53,176 bases of DNA from Synechococcales cyanobacterium VAR_4_metabat_354 (GCA_031414775.1 JANOQI010000004.1:1-53176); one strand, 5' to 3'; numbered from the stretch's first letter, positions 10,162 through 21,139 are shown. Notes: generated by a model from the sequence alone, not told the origin. Numbers and translations: made by a program.

Positions 10162-10467
10162 TCACCCTCATAAAATAGTCCTGCTCTGGGTCAAACATTA
10201 TAAACTAGAAGGCTGCTTTGCTCCTCAAATCCCTCAAAGTAAATAGACACACAAAAATAATACACATCGCTCATTAGTGCCCATCAATTGCTAGTATGGT
10301 TAAGAAAGTTTATAACCTAGCATCTCAGAGATAGCAAGAATAGATGACATCAATGTACTGTCCAGACTTAGTTCGGAAGTAAAGTCATCGTCCATCAATA
10401 TTTAGTTTTTTTAGAATTATTGCCCTGCGAGAGTCAGCAAGCACTATCGCCCATACCTCAAATAATC

Positions 10468-12816
10468 ATGAAAGATAACCTTGTCAAACTAGCTGAACCT
10501 GGGGCTCTCCAGTTTCTTGGAATGCAAGAATCAGGATCGAAAGAAGAAAGCAATTTCAAGTTAATCACCAACGCTCTGCGCAAATACTGGTATGTCAGCG
10601 CTCTACTCAGCTCCTTGATGATGGGTGGCATTGTGTTGAAAACTCTCACCCAAACCCGTATCTACCAATCAGAAGTTCAGATATCAATTGAGTTAGACAA
10701 AGGCTCATCAGGAGTGGATAAATTAGCCGCGTTAGCTGGGGGAGGCAGTAATAATAACGGTGAGAATTCTTCTACCTCCACTCGTACTACCCAAATTGAA
10801 ACAACCATTGAGCTATTACAGAGCAAGCAGTTGATCAAAAAAGCGATGGATCAGATTGTTGACCCAAAGCTCCGTGCTACTCCTGATAAAGTACTAGATA
10901 ATATTAAGATTTCGTCAAAGACAGATATTGATATTTTAAATATCTCTTACTCTGATCCTTCCCCAGAAAGAGTAGTTGCTGTTTTAAATTCTTTAAGCGA
11001 CACCTATATTAATTTTAGTATCAAGCAAAAAAAGGCTAAGACAGACAGTTCGATCGCCTTTATTGAAGCCCAATTACCAGAGGCTCGTAAGAGATTAGAA
11101 TTTTCAGCTCAGCAAATCGAACAGTTTCGGCGCAAATACCGCTTTGCCGATCCCGAAAGTGCTGCCAAGGCTTTATCTGAATATCGCCAACTCGTTATTG
11201 GCAAGTTGAATGAAGCTCAAGTAGCCAATTTGCAAGCTCAGCAAGCCCAGCAACAGCTAAATAAGCAGTTAGGGCAAGTGGGACTACGCTCTGACAATTC
11301 TTTATCTACAACTGTGCTTACTCAAGATGGTGTGTATCAGAAGCTATTTGAAGAAATTAACCTCCTAAATATCAAATACAATCAGGAAAGAGTTCGGTTA
11401 AGCGACGAAAATCCAACGATCATTGATTACAAGAAAAAGCGCGAACAGTTGCAATTATTGCTCAGAAAAAGAGCGCAAGATGTTCTGAAACGACCAGTAT
11501 CAGATGCAGAACTCGCTAGCGGTGCTATATCTAACGTTTCTGGTAACAAGGCAGGGTCTTCTCTATCCGAGAGTTTTGCTGGAGAGCAGGCGAAACTGGA
11601 GACAACTATCGCCTCTCAAGCTGCTCAACAAGCTGGATTAAAAAAAGTTTATGACCAGGTGGAAACGCAAATTGCCCAGCTGCCCGCACTGCAAAAGCAG
11701 TATACAGAGTTAGAACGGGAGTATAAACTCCAAACTCAAGAATTGACTGCTTTCTTGCAGAAACTACAAGAATTGAAAATTGTTAATGCCGAAAAGATCG
11801 TGCCTTGGACTTTACTAGATCCGCCAGAACTACCCGACTTTCCTATTTCGCCAGATGTCCCTCGTCAACTAGGTCTAGGAGCAGTAGCCAGTTTATTAGT
11901 AGGAGCATTAGCCGCCATCGGCTTAAACAAGCTTGATACCCGCATTGACGACCCAGAAGCTGTTAAAGACTTGACTGGATTGCCTATTTTAGCGCTAATC
12001 CCCAAAGTCGGAGATTTACATGCGCAAGCCGCAATTCAGTCTGATGATCGAGCGACGCCAGTTAGTCGTAAGAAAGGAAAAGACTATGAATACTGGAGCT
12101 TTATCGAAGCAATCCGGTCTTTAGCTTTGGGCATTGGGTTTACGACGGATCAAAAAGAAAGTTTAGAGGGTAAGGTGGTGGCTTTCACCTCCGGTTTGCC
12201 AAAAGAGGGAAAATCAACTATTTCTTTTAATGCTGCTGTGCACCTTGCCGAACTGGGCTACCGAGTATTGATAATCGATGGTGATTTATATAAATCCAGT
12301 GTCCGCAATTTCTGTTCTAAATCCCCAATTTTTCATGGAGTTGACTGCTTCGCCCGAGAGGGATTAACAGATGTGATCAGTGGCACCCATAAATGGCAAG
12401 ACTTAGTCAAGAAAGCGCCTGGTATTAAGCTGGATGCCTTGTTCTCTGGACCACGAGTGGTTAATTCGATCGCATTACTTAATTCACCGCGTTTAGAGCG
12501 GTTGATGGATGAATGGCGCAAAGAGTATGACTACATAGTACTTGATGTTCCACCAATCCTGGGGGTTAGTGATACTCGTCTTTTAACTACTCTGGCTGAT
12601 GGCTTGGTTTTTGTAGTTGGATTAGATATTGCCCAGCGTCAATCGATCAATCGTGCCATTACTCTCTTATCTTCCCTCGAAACACCGATTTTAGGCATGG
12701 CTGTTAACCAAGTGGCAGCTCACCATACTGGTTATCATAGTTACTATGAATACTATAGTAAGCCCGCTCTACTATCAGAGTCAGAGAAGGTTGTTGATGT
12801 TCGAATTATTGACTAA
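10468..12816 (+). CDS. wzc: Polysaccharide co-polymerase/tyrosine autokinase (Wzc/GumC family)
   Basis: Two TM segments around a long coiled coil; Walker A PKEGKST, IDGD, LDVPP; Tyr cluster YHSYYEYY. Likely start is ATG 10468. Confidence 0.9.
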   Translation: MKDNLVKLAEPGALQFLGMQESGSKEESNFKLITNALRKYWYVSALLSSLMMGGIVLKTLTQTRIYQSEVQISIELDKGSSGVDKLAALAGGGSNNNGENSSTSTRTTQIETTIELLQSKQLIKKAMDQIVDPKLRATPDKVLDNIKISSKTDIDILNISYSDPSPERVVAVLNSLSDTYINFSIKQKKAKTDSSIAFIEAQLPEARKRLEFSAQQIEQFRRKYRFADPESAAKALSEYRQLVIGKLNEAQVANLQAQQAQQQLNKQLGQVGLRSDNSLSTTVLTQDGVYQKLFEEINLLNIKYNQERVRLSDENPTIIDYKKKREQLQLLLRKRAQDVLKRPVSDAELASGAISNVSGNKAGSSLSESFAGEQAKLETTIASQAAQQAGLKKVYDQVETQIAQLPALQKQYTELEREYKLQTQELTAFLQKLQELKIVNAEKIVPWTLLDPPELPDFPISPDVPRQLGLGAVASLLVGALAAIGLNKLDTRIDDPEAVKDLTGLPILALIPKVGDLHAQAAIQSDDRATPVSRKKGKDYEYWSFIEAIRSLALGIGFTTDQKESLEGKVVAFTSGLPKEGKSTISFNAAVHLAELGYRVLIIDGDLYKSSVRNFCSKSPIFHGVDCFAREGLTDVISGTHKWQDLVKKAPGIKLDALFSGPRVVNSIALLNSPRLERLMDEWRKEYDYIVLDVPPILGVSDTRLLTTLADGLVFVVGLDIAQRQSINRAITLLSSLETPILGMAVNQVAAHHTGYHSYYEYYSKPALLSESEKVVDVRIID

Positions 12817-12829
12817 TTGATATAGACGC

Positions 12830-12871
12830 AGCGAAAAAATCCCTCTGAAGCTAAGGGGGATTTTCTTCGCT
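12830..12871. terminator. Bidirectional terminator between convergent wzc and the glycosyltransferase
   Basis: AGCGAAAAAATCCCTCT-GAAGCTA-AGGGGGATTTTCTTCGCT hairpin. Confidence 0.7.
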
Positions 12872-12904
12872 AGTATAATCACTAGAGGTCACTAGAGGCA
12901 CAAA

Positions 12905-14242
12905 TTATCTTCGCTTACTCATCGATAACTCTGAGGATGTCAAAGATCGAAAGAGCTGTAAGTAGTCCTGAGCGATTTTTTCTTTGGAATAGTTGTTTAC
13001 ACAATATTCTCTTCCCGATTGGCCTAAGTCTTTCACTAAATCATGATCATGACTTAGTTGTTCTAAGTAAGTCGCTAATCCGGAACCGTCACCATTTCTA
13101 AAAGTAGCACCACAACAGGCTTGAGAAACAACATCATTTAAGTAGGAATGAGCCGGACAAATAGCAGCAATAGGAGTGCCCGCCGCTAGGGCGGAATATA
13201 GTTTGCTAGGCGCAATCAATCCCTCCATCTCTTTGGCAATACTGACGATCGAGATATCGCAAGCTGTTAAAGAAAAAGGCAAGTTTTCTCGGGATTGATA
13301 TGGCAAAAACAAGCAATTAGTAACGCTTGCTTGTTCTACTTCGTTTTGGACATAGTCTCGCTTGTCACCGCTGCCAATAAAAACAAATTTAATTGGCTTG
13401 CCTTGCAGTCGAATAATGGCATCCAGCAGGGTCTCCATATCGTGGCAGCGTCCCATATTACCAGAATACAAAACAGTGAAAGTATCTACTAAGTCATGCT
13501 CTTTAGCAAACCAATTCTGGTTTTTAGCAATCGGCTTAATAACTTTTGGTTCAGTCCAGTTGGGAATTACCGAAATCTTATGGGCGATCGATGGTTGTTT
13601 GGCGACAATCCGATCTTTCATGGTGTCACTTAGTACAATAATTGCTCGTGATTGTTGCCAAGTAAGAGCGTTGCACTTGTCCCAAAATTTAGCAATCCAG
13701 TGCTGCTTCTCAATAACATCTAGTTCGATCGCAATATCTGGATATAGATCATATAGTAGACAGACGTAGGAGATTTTGCAAAAACGGCTAACCACATAGC
13801 CAAGAAACGGTAGGAAAGGTGGCGCAGTGGTGAGCAGGACTAGCTCACGACGATGGCTCGACCGCAGTAAATGAAGAGTTGACCGCAGAAAAAAGAGAAC
13901 TCCAGCTAGGGTTTTGCCCCGAATATGGTTTTGCCAAAGTTGAGCGGAATGCGATCGATGGATGCTGAGAAATTCGTACTGCTCACGACGGGGAGCATGA
14001 AGAGGATTTTTAACATCAAAAGCGTATCCAGGTTGACTCGTGAAGACCTCTACAGAAGCAACACCTTCTTGGAGTTGATGGGCAAGTTCTTCAATAAGCT
14101 GGCCGGTAGCGGCATAGTCTGGAGGAAAGAATTGGTTGATTATCTTCAGATTAACCGGATGAACTTCTTGCCGAGTGTTGGGGGAGTCTTTCAACAAACT
14201 ATCGCCGGTTTTTTTTAGGGATTGACTAGAAGTTAAAGGCAT
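12905..14242 (-). CDS. Glycosyltransferase family 4 (WcaI/WbuB-like)
   Basis: INQFFPPDYAATGQL, YDLYPD, YSGNMG, PSKLY. Confidence 0.9.
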   Translation of the reverse strand: MPLTSSQSLKKTGDSLLKDSPNTRQEVHPVNLKIINQFFPPDYAATGQLIEELAHQLQEGVASVEVFTSQPGYAFDVKNPLHAPRREQYEFLSIHRSHSAQLWQNHIRGKTLAGVLFFLRSTLHLLRSSHRRELVLLTTAPPFLPFLGYVVSRFCKISYVCLLYDLYPDIAIELDVIEKQHWIAKFWDKCNALTWQQSRAIIVLSDTMKDRIVAKQPSIAHKISVIPNWTEPKVIKPIAKNQNWFAKEHDLVDTFTVLYSGNMGRCHDMETLLDAIIRLQGKPIKFVFIGSGDKRDYVQNEVEQASVTNCLFLPYQSRENLPFSLTACDISIVSIAKEMEGLIAPSKLYSALAAGTPIAAICPAHSYLNDVVSQACCGATFRNGDGSGLATYLEQLSHDHDLVKDLGQSGREYCVNNYSKEKIAQDYLQLFRSLTSSELSMSKRR

Positions 14243-14389
14243 TTACTAATGAGGGGTGAAACTTCAAGCTATGGCTACAGCTTCAACAATACAACAATTT
14301 CTGCCTGATTTTTCACTAAAGTAGCATAGCATGTGTCAATAAGTACACGGATACGGCAACTGTTTTCTTAAATATACAATTACTCCGAT

Positions 14390-15799
14390 TCAGATTTTGA
14401 CCATGTAAGTAGGGGCCTTAATATCGAAATTAGCCAGCATTGCTGGAGCAATTGCTGTAGTAGAGAGAGTTCCGTGATCACTTGATGCTGGTGGTTGATT
14501 TGGGTCAAATACTAACAAGATTCCTTCAGGGATGTGGTACGCATAGGAACCGGACTCATCTTCGATGTCTATAATTTCTAAACCAATGTTGCTTAAAGAT
14601 ATAGTCTGCCCATCAAGAGAAATGCTTAGTTTTTCTTTGTCTGGGTTTTCCACTTGAAAAAATATTTGAAAAACGTTGTTACCAAGATCTGCAAATTCAA
14701 TCGGAGTATTATTTATATGTAGCTTTTCTAGATTCAAACGCGCTAATTCAGAAACCTCTTCATCAATAACGACCATGTACATTGGAACCATTGCACGGCG
14801 AGAATGCCATTGATCGCGACTTACACCGATTGTTTCCATAAATTTATCCAGATCGCTAATTAGCAGTTGCGTTTTAACAGCGGCAGACCTATCTACTGCG
14901 GCTTGACCCATACTGCTGGCAACCAATAAGACGTAGTCTTTATTCTGTTTTACAAATGTCAGTATTTTGGATAACTGTCGATCAGCTTCTTGCATAGTAA
15001 AGTCGATTTCTTCGTTATAGATGTTGTACCATTCTGGCGTTAACTCCAGATCTTTAAAGTCTTCGGGGTACTTGGCTGGCCAGTAGCGATGCATTGACGA
15101 AGCTACATGATTCGTAAAAAAAGTGGATAGATCTGGCTTATGTTTATATAGTTGTTTCATAAACAGATCAAAAGCTAGTTGCATTTGAGAGGTTCGTCTA
15201 CGAACAACTCGACTGGGAGTAGTTTTTTCTTCTGCAACTTGTTTAGCTAAACGATAAACCGTATCTAACTGCACGCCAAGCATGGGCGCTTTTACCAAAA
15301 AGGGTAATGCGGCTTTGATATTTAATCCTTTGCTCACATTACGACCTGATGAATCTACCATTTTGAGGTTGAAGTCTTGAAAACAGCTTAAAGAGTCCGG
15401 AAAGCATTCTGAGCCATTAGCAAAAGTATCAGGAACATAGAATGCATAACGTGAAACATCCTCTGGCAAAGGGTATGTATGCAAGGAACCAAACACCCCA
15501 ACCTTGACTCCTTGACGAGATAGTAGTTCTGTATAAGCTGGATACTCTTTATTCACTTCAGACAGATCTTGACCAAAGTTCTGGATCAGGTGTTTTTCGT
15601 TAGTAACACCCCGGTGCAAAGTGGGCCAAGTAACCCAAGGAGATAAATGACCTTTGTCCTCAGTTACAGTTTCGTAGAAAGCGCTTTGCTGAAATATTTG
15701 GGCAAGTGCTGAATTAGGATTTGCTTTCGTATAATCCACTAAAATTCTTCGTGGTACTTCGTTTAGTTCGTAGAAGACCACTTTTTTGCCATGAATCAT
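14390..15799 (-). CDS. Alkaline-phosphatase/nucleotide-pyrophosphatase-superfamily-like protein
   Basis: YELNEVP, SPWVTWPTLHRG, SMHRYW, YHIPEG...IAPAML follow the layout of AP-superfamily polysaccharide-cluster proteins; the metal ligands look atypical. Confidence 0.55.
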   Translation of the reverse strand: MIHGKKVVFYELNEVPRRILVDYTKANPNSALAQIFQQSAFYETVTEDKGHLSPWVTWPTLHRGVTNEKHLIQNFGQDLSEVNKEYPAYTELLSRQGVKVGVFGSLHTYPLPEDVSRYAFYVPDTFANGSECFPDSLSCFQDFNLKMVDSSGRNVSKGLNIKAALPFLVKAPMLGVQLDTVYRLAKQVAEEKTTPSRVVRRRTSQMQLAFDLFMKQLYKHKPDLSTFFTNHVASSMHRYWPAKYPEDFKDLELTPEWYNIYNEEIDFTMQEADRQLSKILTFVKQNKDYVLLVASSMGQAAVDRSAAVKTQLLISDLDKFMETIGVSRDQWHSRRAMVPMYMVVIDEEVSELARLNLEKLHINNTPIEFADLGNNVFQIFFQVENPDKEKLSISLDGQTISLSNIGLEIIDIEDESGSYAYHIPEGILLVFDPNQPPASSDHGTLSTTAIAPAMLANFDIKAPTYMVKI

Positions 15800-15862
15800 T
15801 TTAGTTCTCCAAAAAATACATCTGCGCGCTTATTGTAACAGAACTCTTAAATCACCGATAGC

Positions 15863-17059
15863 TTAAGATTTCATCAAATTTTCATAAATTTCAATAGTCT
15901 TAACTGCTGCTGTTTCCCAAGAAAATAAAGTTTTTTGCCTAACCTGACTATTTATACTAGTTGCTTCTATTTGAGGGGTATTTTGAAGAAGATTTTCTAT
16001 TGTTTTAAGATAATCAGTGAAATTTCCAGCCTTGATAACAACACCAGCATTTTCTGCTAGCTGAAAAGAGATTCCTCCCACATCGTAAGCAACAACTGTT
16101 AGCCCAAGAGCCATAGCTTCGATGATGGTTAGGGGGAGAGTATCAGATAGGCTAGGAAATAGCAGAATTGAAGAAAGGTGATACAAAGCACGTTGATCTT
16201 CTAGGCTTAAAAAATCTGTAAAAATCAGACTGACGTGAGAAGCAGAGGGTATTTCTTGCTGTCGTCGTCTTGGCTCATCGGGGTCTAGTAACTTTCCTCC
16301 GACAACAATAGTGACTTTTTCAGATATGGCGGCTGCAACCTCTAGAACTGTCGAGATACCTTTATTGGCTGTATGGTTGCCAATAAATAAGAGAATTGGT
16401 TTATCTGTCGGAATATTATATTTCCTTAATACAGATCTACACTCTTGTAATTTAGGTACTTCTAGATAGAACGGATTTAAACCATTGGGTACTAGGTGAA
16501 TTTTCTCAGGAGGAATACCCAAAGAGCAAAGCTCTATTTTCTCTTGTGGATAGCCTGAGAGAATAGCATCCACACCTAAAATAGATCTAAGGACAGGTTT
16601 AGTAACAAATTGATGGTATCCCCACTTCTGGATAGGATTAGTAAGTCCAAAGTGATTAATCACCTCAAAAAAACCATGAGTGGAAATTACAGTTTTAATA
16701 TTAGCTATTTTCGCCTGAGCAATTACTTTTTCAAAAAATAATCCTGGCACAGGATTCTGCAAATGAATGATGTCAGGATGTTGCTGAATTAACGCATGTA
16801 AAAGAGGACTTTCTAAGAATAAGGCTTTAAGTTGCCTAGGCAATAATCGATCGATACTTCCCAAGTTAGTTTTAGACTCAAAATTCCTGACAACTAGATC
16901 ATCGATCTTAAAAGTTGAGGTTTCATCCCACATGCGCCATAGTTCAACCTGGTAATGAGCAGCCATGTAGCGACTATGCCATTCGGCGGCTATGGCAGCT
17001 CCTCCTAGCCGACTACCAGAAGTGGACAGGTTAACAACAATGACTTTAGTCTTACTCAT
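15863..17059 (-). CDS. Glycosyltransferase family 4
   Basis: GGAA, STHG, VPNG, NKG, FPSLSDTLPLTIIEAMALG. Confidence 0.88.
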   Translation of the reverse strand: MSKTKVIVVNLSTSGSRLGGAAIAAEWHSRYMAAHYQVELWRMWDETSTFKIDDLVVRNFESKTNLGSIDRLLPRQLKALFLESPLLHALIQQHPDIIHLQNPVPGLFFEKVIAQAKIANIKTVISTHGFFEVINHFGLTNPIQKWGYHQFVTKPVLRSILGVDAILSGYPQEKIELCSLGIPPEKIHLVPNGLNPFYLEVPKLQECRSVLRKYNIPTDKPILLFIGNHTANKGISTVLEVAAAISEKVTIVVGGKLLDPDEPRRRQQEIPSASHVSLIFTDFLSLEDQRALYHLSSILLFPSLSDTLPLTIIEAMALGLTVVAYDVGGISFQLAENAGVVIKAGNFTDYLKTIENLLQNTPQIEATSINSQVRQKTLFSWETAAVKTIEIYENLMKS

Positions 17060-17076
17060 GGGCGAATATCAATGAA

Positions 17077-18015
17077 TTAGGTTGGTTCCGATTGTAGCTG
17101 TTTAAACCAACCGACATAATTATCTAGCCCCAAATCAAGGGTATATTTGGGTGTGTAGTTTAGTGTTTCGAGGCGGGTGGTATCGGCAACTAGCGAAAAT
17201 GGATCGCCAACTCGCTGTTGGCCAGAGAATTTTAACTCTACACCGGGATTCATTTTTTGGCAGAGCAGGGTGGCTACTTCTCCGACACAGGTGCCCTGGC
17301 CAGTGCCGCCGTTAACGATTAGGGGTGATGGGGAAGCCGTGTTGCTGGCTGCTACTAAAATTTCGACAGCATCTTGAATATATAGCCAGTCGCGAATTTC
17401 GTTACCGGTGCCGTGTAGTTCTAGGGTGGTGGGTGATTTTTGCAACCGACAGCATAGCTCCCAGAGTAATTGTTTGCGTAAGCCAGGACCATAGATGGAA
17501 AATAGCCGGACGATCGCAATTTGTAGGCCAAAGTTTTGGGCGTAGGAAGCGCAGAGTAGTTCGGAAGCTCTTTTGTGAAAGCCGTAGGGAGAGTAAGGTG
17601 TGAAGTTTCCTTCTTCTGGGATGTTTGCGGTGGGGGTGTCGCCGTAGATGGCGGCACTAGAGCTGACTACTAGTTTTGTTTGGGGGGCGCTGGAGCGCAT
17701 CCATTCGAGGAGGGCGGCGGTGGAGACAACGGAGCGCCGGAAGTCTTCGGCGGGGGTTTGCAGGGAGAGGCCGACGGAGCTGCCGCCAGCGAGATGATAG
17801 ATGGTCTCAGGATGGCCTGATTTTTCTAGCAGTTGCTGGAGGTTGGTGGTTTCGATGTCGCCGTTAATCCAGTGGGTGATATGGGATTGCTTTACTACTT
17901 CTGGTAGGTAGGCTCCATGTCCAATGCCGGAGATTTGGTGGTTTTGTTGGGATAAGTGGCGGGCAAGGTGTCGCCCGATAAATCCTTGCGCTCCGGTGAT
18001 CCAAATAATTGCCAT
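17077..18015 (-). CDS. NAD-dependent epimerase/dehydratase
   Basis: ITGAQGFIG, SSAAIYG, YGFHK (YxxxK), RLFSIYGPG. Confidence 0.92.
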   Translation of the reverse strand: MAIIWITGAQGFIGRHLARHLSQQNHQISGIGHGAYLPEVVKQSHITHWINGDIETTNLQQLLEKSGHPETIYHLAGGSSVGLSLQTPAEDFRRSVVSTAALLEWMRSSAPQTKLVVSSSAAIYGDTPTANIPEEGNFTPYSPYGFHKRASELLCASYAQNFGLQIAIVRLFSIYGPGLRKQLLWELCCRLQKSPTTLELHGTGNEIRDWLYIQDAVEILVAASNTASPSPLIVNGGTGQGTCVGEVATLLCQKMNPGVELKFSGQQRVGDPFSLVADTTRLETLNYTPKYTLDLGLDNYVGWFKQLQSEPT

Positions 18016-18021
18016 TAGGAC

Positions 18022-18870
18022 TTACTCCGGTTTAGTGCCAACAAAGCTCAACAGCCTTCCTGGACGTTGGTCAATACGAGAAAGAATTGACAGAAAGATG
18101 TTGAAAGAATATGCGTTAAGCAAAAGGCTGCTGACTAAGTTACCAGCTGGAAAACGCTGAAATCTCTCTCTCAGCTCTTTTTTTAGAGTTTCCTTAGTGT
18201 AAGGTGCATAGTTGATAACGCTGTCAAACGAACCAATCACTTTGTTAAGGGTTAATCCGGATGAATTAATTGATTGCTTATATTCTTTGAGCAAAAAAGC
18301 ATTTTCACCTCCATATAGCTTGTGGAGAGGATGTATTTCAAAGAATTTGGGTAGGTCTTGCTTGGAGGATATGACATGATCGCGAACGCCGATAAAGACC
18401 CCACCGGGCTGTAATACCCGATAAATTTCTTGACATAGTTGGGCTAGGTCTTGGGCATGGTGTAAAACTTGTCTAGCAAAAACGACTTGGAAGCTGGCAT
18501 CAGGAAAGGGCAGGCTTTCTCCAAACTCCTGAAAAACTTGGATGTTGAGATGATTATCAGTGGCTATTTTTTTGATAGCACCAGTCCCAACGGTCATGCT
18601 GGGATCGGGTTCTAAGGAGGAGACTTGCCATCCTTCTTTGGCAAAGGCATAGCTAGATATACCGTTACCGGCACCAATATCTAAGACAGCTCCTGGGTTA
18701 GGAGGTAAAAACTGTTTGATGGCTTGCCATTCTTCGCTCTGCCAATACCGATCGACTGCACTTTGAAGTGGCGAATCGTAGTAACAAGCTTGGATAAGTT
18801 CAGCTTGATCTGGTTGATTTGTTAACCAATCAACGGCGGCTTCCCATGTTTGGAATTTACTATCTTTCAT
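18022..18870 (-). CDS. Class I SAM-dependent methyltransferase
   Basis: [27 protein letters not shown]. Confidence 0.9.
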   Translation of the reverse strand: MKDSKFQTWEAAVDWLTNQPDQAELIQACYYDSPLQSAVDRYWQSEEWQAIKQFLPPNPGAVLDIGAGNGISSYAFAKEGWQVSSLEPDPSMTVGTGAIKKIATDNHLNIQVFQEFGESLPFPDASFQVVFARQVLHHAQDLAQLCQEIYRVLQPGGVFIGVRDHVISSKQDLPKFFEIHPLHKLYGGENAFLLKEYKQSINSSGLTLNKVIGSFDSVINYAPYTKETLKKELRERFQRFPAGNLVSSLLLNAYSFNIFLSILSRIDQRPGRLLSFVGTKPE

Positions 18871-19018
18871 TCTCTGGAATTTCTCTAATTAATTTAGCGG
18901 GGTTTCCGGCAGCTATTGTCCAAGGAGCAACATCTTTAGTAACAACGTAGCCAGCACCAACGATAGCACCTTCGTGAATAGTTACTCCTTTGAGAATGAT
19001 TGCATTAAAACCAATCTA
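18860..19018 (-). pseudogene. Remnant of a hexapeptide-repeat O-acetyltransferase
   Basis: [54 protein letters not shown] at 19016-19018 sits where WIG is expected; most of the N-terminus is missing; the stop overlaps the methyltransferase start. Confidence 0.8.
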
Positions 19019-19088
19019 TATTTTGCTCTAGAATATGAACAGATTTTGATCTGCTTGTATTCAAAAAAGTCTTTAGCCCAATCTGAAT

Positions 19089-20048
19089 CTATTTAATTTC
19101 CTGAAGATGCTGATGAAGATATTCCATCATTTTAGAGCAACCTGCAAAGTGTATGAAATACCCTAAGTCATATATGTTATTAAGTGATTGCCTCATCAAC
19201 AAGGATTTAGGGTCTTTCTGCTGAATTTTACTGATCATTTTCTCTATCAGTAATAGTGATTGCCTTATTAATAAAGACTTAGGGTTCCCTCGTTGAATTT
19301 TGTTGACTGCTCTCTCTGCCAGCGATGTAAGAGAATTTGAATGAAATATGAATGGATAGAAAGCAGAAGTCAGGTCGCTAATGCAAAAGTTAAATTGTTG
19401 TGGAATCCAATGAACCATATCATTTTTGACAAGCTCATAGGACATTGCTGGCATCTCATAATTCCACTCAGCACTCTTATTTTCATCTTCATAGTTGTAG
19501 TAAATGTACTCAAAAATATCCCGGTGCTTTTCCGGTGAACAGACAAAAACTCCTGTCTGTACAACCTTGTCTAAATCACCACCGTGAATACCTCTATTCT
19601 CATAAAATAGACCTGGAGTTATATTATCTATGTATTTCATTCCTATACAACGATAGTTTTCATATAACCTTTTAAGAGCAATAGTATACAGTTCTCTAGA
19701 TGGAATGGAATAAGCGTCTACGGCACCAACTTTGTCAATTGGAACATTTTCTGCAATATCTGGTGCCAGGTCGGCATTAATAAATATATCTGTATCAACC
19801 CAGACGATTTGTTCATATTTTGACGACCAATCCTGAGAAAGAATTAGAAGTTTTTGCCAAGCTGGAGAGCGGTTCCTTCCTCTATCAGTCTCATCAAGTG
19901 AGTTTGTTAATACCACTAAGTCATAAGAATGTCTATTACAATAATAACTCCAATTCTTTTTGCAGTACTTCTCAAACATTTCTTCATATTTTTTACCGAT
20001 GGCAAGTGTGACTAGTGCTTTTTTGTTGATAGTGCTCATTTTCCTCAT
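19089..20048 (-). CDS. GT-A fold glycosyltransferase (GT34/GT8-like)
   Basis: PAWQKL, WVDTD (DxD), QTGVF, FIHFAG. Confidence 0.75.
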   Translation of the reverse strand: MRKMSTINKKALVTLAIGKKYEEMFEKYCKKNWSYYCNRHSYDLVVLTNSLDETDRGRNRSPAWQKLLILSQDWSSKYEQIVWVDTDIFINADLAPDIAENVPIDKVGAVDAYSIPSRELYTIALKRLYENYRCIGMKYIDNITPGLFYENRGIHGGDLDKVVQTGVFVCSPEKHRDIFEYIYYNYEDENKSAEWNYEMPAMSYELVKNDMVHWIPQQFNFCISDLTSAFYPFIFHSNSLTSLAERAVNKIQRGNPKSLLIRQSLLLIEKMISKIQQKDPKSLLMRQSLNNIYDLGYFIHFAGCSKMMEYLHQHLQEIK

Positions 20049-20218
20049 TGTTCTTATAAGTAAATCGGCATGATTATTGCTTGAGATTTAGTATGTAACA
20101 TTACCCAAATCTATGAATGTATTCTGATATTTAATGTTGTTGTCAACCTTTCTCACTTTAGTTTATTGAAGTCCTACTTTTACAAAAAACTTAGCCTTTA
20201 AATTTAATCTAAATACAT

Positions 20219-21139
20219 CTAATTACTAATTGAAGTAATGGTGTTTTTTATATTTCTTAGGATAGATAATCCTTTGTTACTGAATCCGCCCATTGATTGC
20301 TTAATTGCCTTCAAATCTTTTGGATTGATTACAACCGTTTTAGGTAAATTAATTTGATCTATCATCCAATTGTGTTCGGATTTATGTAAGAACCAAGCAG
20401 TGAACCACCCATGGCTTCCACTGCCATCAAATCCAATGTTTTTTACGTAAGTTGTTGGGGGGAATACAGCACATCCTTGATTTTTAAACACGCTCCAATA
20501 CCATCGAATTGCCCAAGAATCTATTTCTCCAGCCATTTGTTTTTTTATCATGTTAAAATAGTTAAAACTACTGTCTAAGTCAAAACGAGACCTCATTTCC
20601 TCGTCTGTTTTCAAAACTTCCCAGCCTGTTGCTTGTGGATCAAAGTATTGCCAAGCATTTTTCCATGTTGCCCATCCCCATGAACCTATAAAAGGCCAAA
20701 ACATCGCCTCATTGCGGTTAGCAAATTCCGGCACCGGAAACATGTAACCAGAAACCTGCATTACCGATGGCTCATCTTGATACGCCTCCAAAGCAGCATT
20801 CATATATTGCAAAAACCCAGGACTAACAATCAGATCATCTTCCAATACAATTACCCGCTCATAGTCATTTAGCAACCGACTTACGCCAGCGATAATGGAG
20901 TTTGCTAATCCTTGATTCTGAGCAGCTTCAATCATCTCAGCCCTTTCTCCGACCATCGATCTTACAACTGCGCGGGTTTCGTCAATAGCGGCCTGGTCTC
21001 CGGGTTTCTTCGCTCCATCACAAAACACATAGAGTTGACTTTCGGCAAACCCCGAGCACTGCACCAGAGATTCAATTGTCCGGCGCGTGTGGTCAGGACG
21101 CTTATAAACAAAAATAGCGATCGGAGCATAGTTCATCAA
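20219..21139 (-). CDS. GT2-like sugar transferase
   Basis: APIAIFVYKRPDHT, NQGLANSI, VLEDD, SWGWATW, NIGFDGSG. Confidence 0.88.
   Translation of the reverse strand: MMNYAPIAIFVYKRPDHTRRTIESLVQCSGFAESQLYVFCDGAKKPGDQAAIDETRAVVRSMVGERAEMIEAAQNQGLANSIIAGVSRLLNDYERVIVLEDDLIVSPGFLQYMNAALEAYQDEPSVMQVSGYMFPVPEFANRNEAMFWPFIGSWGWATWKNAWQYFDPQATGWEVLKTDEEMRSRFDLDSSFNYFNMIKKQMAGEIDSWAIRWYWSVFKNQGCAVFPPTTYVKNIGFDGSGSHGWFTAWFLHKSEHNWMIDQINLPKTVVINPKDLKAIKQSMGGFSNKGLSILRNIKNTITSISN

Noticed and set aside
12879..12898. TCACTAGAGG direct repeat, two copies
   Set aside because: A 10-bp tandem duplication beside a terminator with no evidence of function.
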